Assembly (NCBI GenBank): GCA_028826165.1
Contig: JAPDFW010000053.1
Coordinates: forward strand, 434,001-498,000
DNA length: 64,000 nucleotides
Origin: Anaeramoeba ignava BMAN
Taxonomy: Eukaryota; Protista; Anaeramoebae
Direction: 5' to 3'
Position 1 is the stretch's first letter, and each line of letters starts with the position of its first letter. Below, one piece after another: positions 13,332 through 26,971 of this stretch. The notes under the pieces were generated by a model. The model did no database searches. It was not told the origin of the DNA and saw only the letters and a program-made list of their open reading frames with translations. The translations under genes and the position numbers were made by a program.

Positions 13332-15088
13332 ATGAATGAAATTATATTTTTTGGTTCAAATAAATATCCAAAACTTATCAAAAATAAACCAGAAGAAATA
13401 ACAAAACCAATTCAATTTAAATTTGAAAATGAAAATGAAAATGAAAATGAAAATGAAAAACAAATTAAACAAATTTCAACAGGAGATTTTTCAACAATTT
13501 TCCTTTTTAAAAATGGAAAAGCAATAGAATATCAAAATAATTCAAATCAAAATCCTTCAAAAATCCAAATTGAAGAAAATATTCAAAAAGTAACTGTTGG
13601 TTTTCAAAATGAAGCTATTTTAACAATAGAAGGAAATGTATTTGCCAAAGGAAAAGATATTAATCGAGAAAATCCAAAAGAATTTATCAATATTTCATCA
13701 TTAATTGAAGATATAAATGATAGAATAATTCAAGATACTGTTTCTGGAGCTCAATCAATTTACTTATTAACTTCAAATCAAAATGTTTATGAAATTGGTT
13801 CAAATCAATTTGATCAACTTGGTTTTGATTCTGAAACACTTCCAAAAACAGAAAAACCAATTTTAATGATGAAAAATATTTCTAAAATATTTTCAGGAAA
13901 TTGTTCAATACATGTTTTTCTTTTAAATTCAAATCAAGAATTATTTGTATGCGGATGGAATAATTATGGTCAACTTGGATTAGGAGAATCAAGAAAAGAA
14001 GAAACAAAAATCCAAAAATTAACCAAAATCCAAAATATTCCAAAAGGCAAAATAATTGATATTCAAACTAGTTATTATCATTCAATAATGTTGCTTGAAA
14101 ATCAAAATCCAAAAAGAAAACTTTATTCATGTGGAGATTATTCATGTAATGGACTTGGCAAAAATGAAAATACTAATGAATTTACTGAAATCAAATCATC
14201 TTTATTTGAAAATGATGATAATATTATTGATTTTTCTGTTGGAAACGAACATACTTTGATTTTAACTTCCAATTCAAAATTAATTGGATTTGGAAATAAT
14301 TATTCTGATCAATTAGGAACTAAATATACAAAAGATCAATTAATTCCAATTCAAATTGAACTTCCTAAATTAAGATTTAATGAAGATATTTTTAATTATC
14401 ATGTTCTTTGTGGATATTTAAATTCATTTTTTTATTATTCTCCTCCTTCTTTTTCCAATATTGAAGAAGATTTGATAAAATTATTTGAAAGAAAAGAATT
14501 TTGTGATATTTCATTTAAAATCAAAAATGGAGAAATAATTGAAGCTCATAAATTAATATTGAAATATAGATTAAATCAAAAAAATCAAAATGAAAAACTT
14601 CAAGAAATTATTTCAAATAAATCAATTAAAGAATCAAATCAAATATTTGAAATGATTTATTCAAACAGAATAATAAATCCAAAATTATATTCAAAAATTA
14701 AAGAAATTATAAATTCAAATGAAAAAATTGAAGAAACAATTAAAAGAATTTATTTAAATGAAAATGAAAATGAAAATGAAAAAGATTTTATTATTGAAAG
14801 AAAAGAAAAGAATATAAATTTCCTAAATTAATATTAATAATGAGAAGTGAATTATATCGAGGAATGTTTTTATCTGTAACAAATGATAAATCTAATAAAG
14901 TTACAGATTATAGTGAATTAAGTAATAAATCATTTCAAATATTTGAATATTGGATTTATTCAAATCAAATTAAAGAAGAAATTCAAATTACACAAGAAAT
15001 AATTGATGAATTAGAAACAGGAATTGATTATTTTCAATTAAATCAAACAAATCCAAATTTATTTGATTTATTATTTAAAAATATTTAA
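13332..15088 (+). CDS. RCC1-repeat plus BTB/POZ domain protein; frameshift near 14810
   Basis: GWNNYGQLGLG and VGNEHTLIL RCC1 motifs; EFCDISF..IEAHKLILKYR BTB. A second BTB-like segment continues in ORF 14840-15088; the paralogous fragment at 19604 shows the intact frame. Confidence 0.85.
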
Positions 15089-16240
15089 CATATAAATATA
15101 AAAAATAAGAATAAAATTAATTTAATATTTAATTTATAAATTAATTTAAAAATATAATTTAATATTTAATTCTATGTTTAAAATAATAATTTATTGTTTT
15201 AGATTTAAATATTTTATTATTTAAATATTTAACATATAAATATAAAAAATGAGAATAGGTTTAATTTAATATTTAATTTATAAATTAATTTAAAAATATA
15301 ATTTAATATTTAATTTTATTATTAAAATAATAATTTAATGTTTTAGATTTAAATATTTTATTATTTAAAAATTTAACATATAAATATAAAAATGAAAATA
15401 AGTTTAATTTAATATTTAATTTATAAATTAATTTTTAAAATATAGTTTAATATTTAATTTTATTATTAAAATAATAATTTAATGTTTTTAGATTTAAATA
15501 TTTTATTATTTTAAATATTTAACATATAAATATAAAAATGAGAATAGATTTAATTTAATATTTAATTTATAAATTAATTTAAAAATATAATTTACTATTT
15601 AATTTTATGTTTAAAATAATAATTTAATGTTTTAGATTTAAATATTTTATTATTTAAATATTTAACATATAAATATAAAAATGAGAATAGGTTTAATTTA
15701 ATATTTAATTTATAAATTAATTTAAAAATATAATTTAATATTTAATTTTATTATTAAAATAATAATTTAATGTTTTAGATTTAAATATTTTATTATTTAA
15801 ATATTTAACATATAAATATAAAAATAAGAATAGATTTAATTTAATATTTAATTTATAAATTAATTTTAAAAATATAATTTAATATTTAATTTTATTATTA
15901 AAATAATAATTTATTGTTTTAGATTTAAATATTTTATTATTTAAAAATATTTAACATATAAATATAAAAAATAAGAATAGGTTTAATTTAATATTCAATT
16001 TATAAATTAATTTAAAAATATAATTTATTATTTAATTTTATTATTAAAATAATAATTTATTGTTTTAGATTTAAATATTTTATTATTTAAATATTTAACA
16101 TATAAATATAAAAAATAAGAATAAGTTTAATTTAATATTTAATTTATAAATTAATTTAAAAATATAATTTAATATTTAATTTAATTATTAAAATAATAAT
16201 TTAATGTTTTAGATTTAAATATTTTATTATTTAAAAATAT
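15084..16240. repeat. ~144-bp minisatellite, 8 copies
   Basis: TTTAACATATAAATATAAAAA unit starts run from 15084 to 16094. Confidence 0.95.
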
Positions 16241-16649
16241 TTTGAAAATTGATTTTTGAAATTAAAATTTTATCTTTTTTTTGAATTAAATTGAATTAAT
16301 ATTAATTTGGAAATTTGTTTTAAAATTTAAATTTATTAATAATTTTTAAATTCCAAAAAAAAAATTAAATTAAAAATTAAATTAAAATAATTTTCCTTTT
16401 TTTAATAATAAAAATTAATAAAAATAATAATAATTTATTAATAAATTAATTTAAAATAATAAATTAAAAAGAAAATTAAATTAATTATTAATTTAAATTT
16501 ATTCTTATTTTTTATATTTTTATTTATTTTCAAAATCCACTTTTTTTTTTCATTTTTTTTTTTTTAAATTTTTTTTTCATTTTTTTCCTTTTTTTTTAAA
16601 AAACAAAAACAAAAACAAAAAACACAAAACAAAAAACACAAAAAACAAA

Positions 16650-18396
16650 ATGAATAATAATAATAATAATAACCAAATTCAAAATGCAAATCAAAATGAA
16701 AATGAAAATGAAATGAAAAATTTAGAAAAAAAAGTAACAAAAAATTTAATTAAAGATTATTCAAACCTTTTAAATGGAAATTCATTTAAAGATTTTTCAA
16801 TTTTTGTTGAGAATAAATCAAATCCTTTTGAAATTAAAGTTCATAAATCAATTTTATCTTCAAGATCTCCTTTTTTTAATGAATCATTAAGACAAGAATC
16901 TCTTTCTATTTTTTTAAATCAATTTAATAAAAAAGAAATGGAATCAATTTTGAGTTATATTTATTATGGAAATATTTCTTTTGAGAATCAAGAAAATCTT
17001 ATTCAATTATTAGAAATTTCAATTTATTTTGAATTAAATTTATTGAAAGAAATTATTCAAAAAAAAATTTTAAATTCAATTAATTATTCAAATTTTTTCC
17101 AATTTTTTTTCCAAAATCGAAATTTAAATTCAAATGAAATTGAAATAAAATGTTTTGAATTAATAAATCAAAATTTTTCCCAAATTCAAAATAATGAAAA
17201 TTTATTCAATTTAACTAAAGAAGAAATTATCAAATTTATTCAATTTAAACAAGAAAAAAAAGAAATTTTTCAATTTGATTTTTTTCAATTTTTAAATAAT
17301 TGGATTGAAAAAAGAAATCAAAGATTAAAAGGAAAGAAAAGAAAAGAAAAAAGAAAAAAGAAAAGGGAATTGAAAAGAAAAGATTATTTCATTCTTTTTT
17401 TTCATTATTTGATAAAGATTCAATTTCAAAACAAGATTTTGATAAATTAAAACAATTTGATTTTTTTCCCAAATCTTTTTTAGTTGATATTCAAAACAAA
17501 GTTATTCAAGATAATCAAAAAGAAATTGAAAACAAAGAGAAGGAAATTGAAGATAAAAACAAAGAAATTGAAAAGAAATGGAAGAAAGAAGTTGAGGATA
17601 AAGAAAAAGAAATTGAAGAGAAAAACAAAGAAATTGAAGAGAAATGGAAGAAAGAAGTTGAAGATAAAAACAAAGAAATTGAGAATAAAGATAAAGAAAA
17701 TCAACAAATGAAAATTGAAATTGAAGAGAAATGGAAGAAAGAAGTTGAGAATAAAAACAAAGAAAAATTGAAGAGAAATGGAAGAAAGAAGTTGAAGAAC
17801 TGAAATCCAAATTTGAATTAATGGAATTACAAAAGAATTTTCCTCAATTTGCAGATTCAGAAATTGTTCAAGATATTGAATATGTTAAGAAACTACAAGA
17901 ATGGATAAATAATAATGATTTTTTTTCTAAAATGAAAAAAGGATTTTCAGCAAAAAGAGATGGATTTAATTCTCAAAATTGGCATAAAGCAGTTGATGGG
18001 AAAGGAAAAACATTAGTTATTATCAAAACAAAACAAAATTTTATTTTTGGAGGTTTTACTCAAGTTGGATTTAAACATTCATATGGAGAAAGCATTAATG
18101 ATTCAAGTGCATTTATTTTTTCATTAAGAAATGATAAAGGGGATAGAATACCTGCAAAGTTTACATATAAACAAGGTTATGCAATTTATTCTAGTTTAGG
18201 TAATGGTCCAACATTTGGTGCTGGAAATGGAAATGATTTTTATTTAAATTCTAGTTTACAACCTGGTTATTCAAATTTTGGTTGCAGTTATAATCTACCT
18301 AATGGAATAACTCAAGGAACAAATGAAGCTCAAAGTTATTTAGCTGGTTCTTATTCTTCATGGGTTGTTGATGAAGTTGAAACTTATTTCATTTAA
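16650..18396 (+). CDS. BTB(-BACK)-coiled-coil-TLDc domain protein with frameshifts in A-rich tracts
   Basis: DFSIFV..IKVHKSILSSRSPFF BTB; EEKWKKEVE coiled repeats at 17500-17800; TLDc motifs FSAKRDGF..KGKTLVIIKT..FIFGGFT..GPTFG. Confidence 0.85.
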
Positions 18397-19042
18397 AAAT
18401 TAATTAATAATAAGAAAATCAAACTTTTTTTTTTTAATTTTTTTTTTCAAAATTTAATTCAATTTTAATTTACTTTTAATCAAATTAATTTCTTTAAAAT
18501 AATAAATAAGAAACAAATTTAATTTTAAATAATTTAATTTTAATTTAAAATATTTATTAAAAATTTAATTAATAAAAATAATCCAAAAAAAAAAATAATA
18601 AATTTTAAAAATTGAATATTTTTAATATAATAAATAAAAATAAAAATTGAAAATAGAAATTAATAATAATTAAATTTAAATTCATTAATTAAAATATTAA
18701 AATAAAAAAAATCAAATAAAATTTATTATTAATTAATATTTAAATATTAATAAATTATAATCAAAATCAAAAATAGAATAATTAGTAAATTATTTTTTTT
18801 AGAAAGTTTATCTTATTCAATCATGTTAAATTCAATTTATTTAAAATTTTTTAATTTTTTAATTTTATTTTTTTAATATATTTTATTATAATTAAAATTG
18901 AAATAATAAATAATTAAAAATATTAATATAATAAATAAAAATATTATTTCAGATTAAAATAAAATAAATTTAAATTAATTTATTATTAAATATTATTAAG
19001 ATTAAATATTTATATTTATTAAAATATTTCAATTTTCTTCTC

Positions 19043-19603
19043 AATTTTATTAAATTATTGAGAATAATTTTTATATTATTTTAAATAAAAGAAATATTAA
19101 TAAAATATATAAAATAAAATTAATTTTAAATTTAATTATTTAATATTCTTTATTCCATTTTTGAAATAAAATAATTAAAATATTTTATTAATTTTATTAA
19201 ATTATTGAGAATAATTTTATATTATTTTAAATAAAGAAATATTAATTAAATATATAAAAATAATTAATTTTAAATTTAATTATTTAATATTCTTTATTCC
19301 ATTTTTAAAATAAATTAATTAAAATGTTTTATTAATTTTAATTATTGGGAATTATTTTATATTATTTTAAATAAAGAAATATTGATAAAATATATAAAAT
19401 ATAATTAATTTTAAATTTAATTATTTAATATTCTTTATTCCATTTTTGAAATAAATTAAAGAAAATATTTTATAAATTTTATTAAATTATTGGGAATTAT
19501 TTTATATTATTTTAAATAAAGAAATATTGATAAAATATATAAAATAGAATTAATTTTAAATTTAATTATTTAATATTCTTTATTCCATTTTTGAAATAAA
19601 TTA
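19043..19603. repeat. ~143-bp minisatellite, 4 copies
   Basis: ATTCTTTATTCCATTTT at 19145, 19289, 19430 and 19575. Confidence 0.9.
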
Positions 19604-19899
19604 ATGAAAAAGATTTTATAATTGAAAGAAAAGAAAAACAATATAAATTTCCTAAATTAATATTAATAATAAGAAGTGAATTATATCGAGGAATGTTTTT
19701 ATCTGTAACAAATGATACTTCAAATAAAGTTACAAATTATAGTGAATTAAGTAATAAATCATTTCAAATATTTGAATATTGGATTTATTCAAATCAAATC
19801 AAAGATGAAATTCAAATTGGAATTGATTATTTTCAATTAAATCAAACAAATCCAAATTTATTTGATTTATTAATTAACAAATTTAATAATCAAAATTAA
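19604..19899 (+). pseudogene. Orphan 3' fragment of an RCC1-BTB family gene
   Basis: Near-identical to 14775-15070 but with no 5' part and a 30-bp in-frame deletion (TQEIIDELET); abuts the minisatellite. Confidence 0.85.
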
Positions 19900-19939
19900 A
19901 ATTTAAATTTTTAATCTTTTAATCAATCCAAAAAAAAAA

Positions 19940-22726
19940 TTAATCAAAATAAAAAGTATTTGAATTTGAAAGAATAATTTTTCCTTTTTGTCTTCTTCCT
20001 TTTTTTCCTTTTTTTCCTTTTTTTGTTTGATTTTTTTTCTTTTGATTTGGATTTTGAATTGTTTGATTTTTTTGATTTTGTTGGTTTTTTTGATTTTGAA
20101 TTGTTTGATTTTTTTGATTTTGTTGGTTTTTATAATCAGATGGATTTGGATTTCTTGAATTCTTATTTAAAGATGAATTTTTAATATTTTGTTTTCTTAT
20201 TTTTTCTTTTTCCAATTTCTTTTTTTGTTTTTCTTCTTCTTCTTTACAAAATTTTTGATATTTTTCTGAATTTGTAGCAACATCAAGAAATGTGATTGTA
20301 TTTTCATTTGATTTTTCATTTGATTTTTCATTTGGATTTGAATTTAATTTTGGATTTGATTTTTCTTCGTTTTCAAATTGAAGAGGAAGAAATTCATTTA
20401 AATTTAATTGAAATTCATCATTCTTTTGAGAATTTTTTGAGATATTCATTTCCTTGAATTTTCTAAATTGTTCTCGATTTTTAATTCTAGAACGAAATTT
20501 AGATAATGTTTTCTGATTTACTAAATTTTTCATTTCAATTTCAACAAATGAATATTCAGTTCCAAGAGGTAAATATTCTAAAAAAGGATATTTTGTTCTA
20601 TTTCTAAGAGTTTGAGTCATTGTTTTGATTTCCAAAGTTTCAGAAGTAATTTTTGTTGGGAGATTATGATAAAATCGATATTCGTCAAGTAGAATATCAA
20701 TACAAAAAGGATTCAAAAATAATTTTTGACCATCTTCACTTTGATAAAAATAATCGAATCGAAAAGATTCATTTTTTTCTTGATTATTTTTTTGTTCATC
20801 ATCTTTTTGTTCAATATTTTGTTGATTTTCTAATGAATTTAATTGTAATTGAAGAATATTTCTAAATTCAATTAAAGAAGAATCTTGAGTTTCATTTTCT
20901 TCTCCAAAATCATCTTTTAAAAGATCAAATGCTTGTAAATCTTTTTGAAGATGGGTTTGCAATGTTTTGAGAGATGATTTGCAAATATTATTAAATAGAT
21001 AAAGTTTTTCTTCATTATCATCAAATGGGAGATCTAAAAAATCATGTTTTGGATTTTGATTTTGATTTTGATTTTGATTTTGATTTTGATTTTGATTTTG
21101 ATTTTGATTTTGATTTTGATTTTGATTTTGATTTTGATTTTTGATTTGATTTTGATTTTGATTTTGATTTTGATTTTGATTTTGATTTTGATTTTGATTT
21201 TGATTTTGATTTTGATTTTCACTTTTTGATTTTTGAATTTGATTTTGATTTTGAATTTGATTTTGATTTTTGATTTTGATTTTTGATTTTCGATTTGATT
21301 TTGATTTTGATTTTTATTTTGAAGACATATTGTTGTTCCTTTTCTTCTTTTAATTAATCTAAAAGTTATTGAATTTCCAACATTAATTGGTTTAAAAATT
21401 TGAACAGAACACATCCTTAAACCATCTTCAGTAATTAATTTAAGACAAACTGGACATTTTGCTTTTTTTTTTCCTGAAATTTTGAAAAATTCTTCCAAAC
21501 AATGAAAACACATTATATGTCCACATTCTGTAATCTAAATTAAATATTTAAGTCAGAAAATATTTAAATGAATATTTAAATTAATATTTAAATTAATATT
21601 TAAATTAATATTTAAATTGGAAAATATTTAATTTGGAAAATATTTAAATTAATATTTAAATTAATATTTAAATTGGAAAATATTTAATATTTAAAATTGA
21701 ATATTTAAATTAATATTTAAATTAATATTTAAATTAATATTTAAATTAATATTTAAATTAATATTTAAATTAATATTTAAATATTTAAAATATTTAAATT
21801 AAATATTTAAATTAATATTTAAATTAGAAAATATTTAAATTAAAATATTTAATTGAATATTTAAATTAATATTTAAATTTTAAATTAATATTTAAATTGA
21901 ATTTAAATTAATATTTAAATTAAATATTTAAATTATAAAAATATTTAAATATTTTAAAATTTTAAATATTTAAATTAATATTTAAAAATATTTATTGAAT
22001 ATTTAAATTTTAATGAATTTTTTAAAAATTTAATATTTAAATTAAATATTTAAATTAAATATTTAAATTATAAAAATATTTAATTTTGAATATTTAAATT
22101 AATATTAATATTTTAAAATTAAATATTTAAATTAATATATTTAAATTAATATTTTAAATAAATTAATATTTAAATTAATATTTAAATTAAATATTTAAAT
22201 TAATATTTAAATTAAATTAAATTAATATTTAAATTAATATTTTAAATTAATATTTAAATTAATATTTAAATTAATATTTAAATTAATATTTAAATTAATA
22301 TTTAAATTAATATTTAAATTAATATTTAAATTAATATTTAAATTAATATTTAAATTAATATTTAAATTAATATTTAAATTAATATTTAAATTAAAAATTT
22401 ATCATTCAAATTACTCTTGGCGCTGAAACATTTTGTAAACAAATTGGGCAAATAAGCTCTTTTGGACTGAAATAAAAAACCATATTTACATTTTCCCAAT
22501 TAATTGAAGTTTCAGCATTAAAAATATATTCAGTAAAATCAATTTTTGAATTTAAAGAAAAATTATGTTTAATTTTTAAATAACGATTCTTTTTGAAAAA
22601 TCGTTTTTTTGGTGTTTTTCTGTGTTGAAAAGGAATATTTTCTGATTCTATAATTTCTGGATCACAAAATTCTATTAATGATAATGGTTCTTTTTGATTA
22701 TCAACTTTTCTTCTAGAAAAACTCAT
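19940..22726 (-). CDS. RNF10: RING finger E3 ligase, RNF10/Mag2-like
   Basis: Exon 22726-22415 splices to 21534, giving CPICLQNVSAPR-ITECGHIMCFHC..CPVC. Also YFYQSEDGQKLFLNP and RTKYPFLEYLPLG. The NQ microsatellite at 21050-21310 has an unresolved frame. Confidence 0.85.
21540..22395. repeat. Intronic 12-mer satellite (TTAATATTTAAA)
   Basis: Tandem repeats fill RNF10 intron 1. Confidence 0.9.
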
Positions 22727-22816
22727 TCAAAAAATGAAATGAAAAAATGAAAAAAATGAAAAAATGAAAAAATAAAAAAATTAAAAAATTAAAAAAATTA
22801 AAATTAAAAAAGATTC

Positions 22817-22828
22817 AATGACGTCATT
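22817..22828. promoter_or_regulatory. Perfect CRE-type palindrome AATGACGTCATT
   Basis: 12-bp palindrome about 90 bp upstream of the RNF10 ATG in an otherwise almost G/C-free spacer. Confidence 0.5.
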
Positions 22829-22952
22829 AGATTGATTAGAAAAAGAAAAATTAATTAAATCCTAAAATAATTTCCAAAATAATGAAGAATGAAAAAATCA
22901 AAAATCAAAAAAAAAAAAGTGGAATAAATTGTAAATTAAATTAAATTAAATT

Positions 22953-25900
22953 TTAAATAAAATCATGATCTGGATTTGCATGTTTTTTCTCTGGTTTTGG
23001 ATTCTGTTTCACTTTATCTGGATGAAATAATTTAGATCGTAAATAATATCGAATTTCTTCAATTTGAAGACTAAGATATGATTTTGGATTTAATTGGAAA
23101 TAAATAGGTATTGTTTTAAGTTCTCTCATTAAAAATAATGATGGTTGAAAAGAAATTTGATCTGTGTATAAATATTCAAAGAAAATTTGCAAAGATTTCA
23201 ATGAAAAGGATGAATAATTTTGAACACAATTACTTGAATCATTAACAGATAAAAACATGTTTCTAAATAATTCACTTCTTGTAATCAATATCAATTTATG
23301 AACTTTGAATTGATTTTTTTCATCAAATTTAAATGTGAAATCTTTACTTTCTTCATCTTCATATAATTTCTTTAAATCTTCAATTATTCCTTTTTTTCCT
23401 TTTTTCTTATTAAAATCAATTTCAAATTCTTCACATAAATTTACTATTTTTTCATATTCATTTCCATTTGCTAATCCTGAATAAATGAATTGAACTAATG
23501 GTTTGATTTCTTCTTGGTTTTTTGTTTCACATTTTTCCAAAAATTTTGTTATTTTTTCTTTTCCAATTCTCATTTCAAGAATTAATTTATGTGTTTGAAT
23601 TGTTCCATCTTCAACTGCAATATTAAAATCACAAAATTCTTTTCTTTTAAAAAGTTCATTAAAATCTTCCATAATACTTCCATATTTTTCAATTAAATCA
23701 ATATATTTAGCTTCCATTTTTTTAAATGATGAATCCTTTTTTTAATTTTTTAAAAAGAAATCAATATATATATTTATATATTTATATATAAAGATAATTT
23801 AAATACTTTTTTTTGGGATTCAATATCAATTCCTCCATCAATTAATATTTTGAAAAAATCTGCTCTGTTTTTTATTTTATCATATATCCAAGAAAATATT
23901 CCTTGATTATTCTATTTTTGATTAAATTTGATTAAATTTAATTCCCTTTTTTTTTTTCTTTCAAAAATAAAATATTTTAATAATATTCTTTTACATAATT
24001 ATGAATATTTGGATTAAGTCCACAATCTAAAATTGTTTCTAATGCTTCTTTTGGGTTAGCAAAACTTAAAAACTCAAATATGATTGGTTTATGAGAATCC
24101 TTTTATTCCAATAAAAAAAGGATATTAAATTATTATTAATATTAATATTATTTTTTGTATATTTTTAATTTACAAATTCTATTGGAAAACCTTTTTCAAC
24201 TAATAATTTAAATTTTTCTAATGAAACTTGATTTCGAGAAGAATAACCATATCTAACAGCAATTGGATTATCAGAAATTTTTCCTTTCTAAAAAGTAATT
24301 AATATTAATAAAATTAAATTGAAAATCAAAATTAAAATTTAAATTTAAATTTAACTAGTTTTTTATAATCAAATCCAAGATCAAAAAGTGTTTTTAAATC
24401 AGAAATATCGACACTATAAGGATTAAATAAATTAAGAATGCAATTTCCCTAAAAGAAGAAAAAAAATATTTTAATTTAATTTTAAATTCAAATTCAAATT
24501 CAAATTTAAATTTAAATTCAAATACATCATGAACTTCATTAATATCTGCTCCAAGAGCAACTAATTTCTTAATTACTTCAAATGATTTGGGTTGGTGTGA
24601 ATTATACCGAAAACATCGAAAAATATATGGTGGTTTCTAAATAATAATTTTATAATTATTAAAATAATAACTTTTTTTAATTTTGAATTTTATTTACTTC
24701 ATTAAAATCAAATTTATATCCAAATTCTTCAAGAATATGAAACCTTTCAGAAAAATTAGAAGAATAAGAACTACCAGAAGCAATAAGATCAAGTGGTGTT
24801 TCTCCTTTATTCTAATTGAATTTTGAATTTTGAATTAATTTTATTTTGAATTTTATTGAATTTTTGAATTACATTTTTTATTGAAATATCTGCTCCATAT
24901 TTTAATAATAATCTAAATATATCTTCATTATAATAACTTGAAACTATAATATGAAGACCAGTAAATCCCTAATAATATTTTTAATTTAAATTTAAATTTT
25001 AATTAAAATATTTTTAAATTTACATCCTATTTTTATTTCCAAAAAAAAAAAACGATAATAAAAACAAAATAATTTTAAATATTTAATTTATTAATATTTT
25101 ACTTTATTTTGTAAATTAGGATTTGCTCCAGCTTCAAGTAAAATAATCACTATTTCTTTATTTGGTCCTGGATAATTTCGTAAAACTTTATGAAGAATTG
25201 TTTCATTCTATTCATTTTATTCATAAAAAAAATTAAATTCAAATTCAAATCTAAATAATAATTAAAAATTTACGTTCTTTGTTTTAATTTTATTTTTAAT
25301 TTTAATAAAATATTTAATTATTTTTGTTGTAATTTGAATCTTACTTCATTCACATAATTAATATCTGGAATTTTTTCACAAAACAACTTTACATATTCGA
25401 TACTATAAAGAAAACGAGAAGGAATAATATCAAACTTTATCCAAAAAAAAGAAAAAGAAAAAGGAATTAATTTTATAGAAAAAGAAATTAATTAATTTTT
25501 TATAAAATAAATCAATCAAACATCTTCTTTTTCCCAATTTGCTCCTGATTTTGATAATAATTCTACAAATTCATATCCTAAATTAGAAGAAAGTACAAAA
25601 TTTAATGGTCTTAATCCCTAATTTATTTAAATTTATTTCAATAAAATAAAAATATGAATTTTATTATTTTATTATTATTTACATCCTAATTTATTAATAA
25701 TATTAATTAATATTTATTTTTATTTTTGTTATTAAAATTACAGGATTTGTTTTATTAACATCAACTCCATATTTAATAAGTAATTGAAGTTTATTAAGTC
25801 TTTCTTCTTTATTATTATCTCCTTCATATTTTTGATTATTTAATAAATAAAATAATGGTGTTGTTTTCTATTATTTGATAATTTGATAATTTGATTATTA

Positions 25901-26701
25901 AAAAAAAGAAAAGATGTAAAATTTATATTAAAAAATAAATCTTAATTAAAAAATAAATTATTTTTAAGTTTACTTTTGGATCTTTCTAAATATAAAACAA
26001 AATAAAATAATTAATAAATCTTTTTTCTTTCTTTTTGTAAATTTTTTTTTTAAATTTTGATTTACATTTTCAATATTTGGATTAGCTCCTTTTTTTAAAA
26101 TAATTTCAATTAATTTAATTGGTGTTTTTTCATTTTTAAATTGGGAAATTAAAATTAAATTTAATTCCTAATTTTTTAATTTTATTTTTATTTATAAATA
26201 AATAAAAATTAATAAATAATAAATAAATAATACATCTATTCCAAATTTATGTGAATTAAATATAAGATCAATTATTTTCTGTTCAAAATTTAGAGATGTA
26301 AAAGGAATATCAAAAATCTAAAAATAAAAAATAAATTAATAAAAAATAATTTTAAAAAATAAATTTAAAAATTCAAACAGTTAATCGAGCTCCTTTTTCA
26401 ATTAAATATGAAATCATTTCATAACTTTGATTACATCTAAAAGCATGATCTAAAATTGATAATCCCTATTTAATTTTATTATTAATTTTATTTTAAAAAA
26501 AAAAAAGAAATTTTAAATTTTAATTTATAAATTTACATGCTATTTTAAAAAAAAATAAAAGAAAGAAAATGAGAAAAATAATTTAAATTTTGTTTTATTT
26601 CTTTTTTTTACATTTTTTAATTGACAATAAGAAGGATTTTCTTCAATAAAAAGTTTTAAATTTGAAAAATTTCCTTTATGAACTTCATTCCAAAAATCCA
26701 T
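22953..26701 (-). CDS. Ankyrin-repeat plus tandem BTB protein (~774 aa), 21 exons, all introns phase 0, four 3-nt microexons
   Basis: Exons 26701-26612, 26539-26537(CAT), 26465-26379, 26317-26234, 26167-26066, 25985-25974, 25867-25742, 25685-25683(GAT), 25617-25522, 25434-25345, 25276-25274(AAC), 25207-25103, 25026-25024(GAT), 24968-24873, 24811-24698, 24636-24526, 24448-24356, 24287-24174, 24099-23995, 23911-23807, 23735-22953. All are GT-AG, all are multiples of 3, and the frame stays open (e.g. GANPNLQNK-D-GFTGLH). Confidence 0.9.
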
Positions 26702-26971
26702 TTTAATTAATTCTTTTTTAAAAAAAAATTTGAAAAAAAAAAATGAAAAAATTAAAAATAAAAATTTAAAATTTAATTTAAATAAAAAGTGGAATAAAAT
26801 TGTTAAAGAATATTTAATTAAATTAATTTAAAAAATTGGAAAAAAAACTTTCAAAAAAAAAAATTTAATTTTTATTTTTCATTTTTTTCATTTTTTTTTC
26901 AATTTAAATTTCATTTTTATTTCATTATTATTTTGATTTAAATAAAAATAAAATTAAAAATAAAATTAAAA

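Noticed and set aside
15084-16240. Regularly spaced repeats as a CRISPR-like array (also 38150-40020)
   Set aside because: The whole unit repeats, with no unique spacers and no cas genes, in a eukaryotic context.
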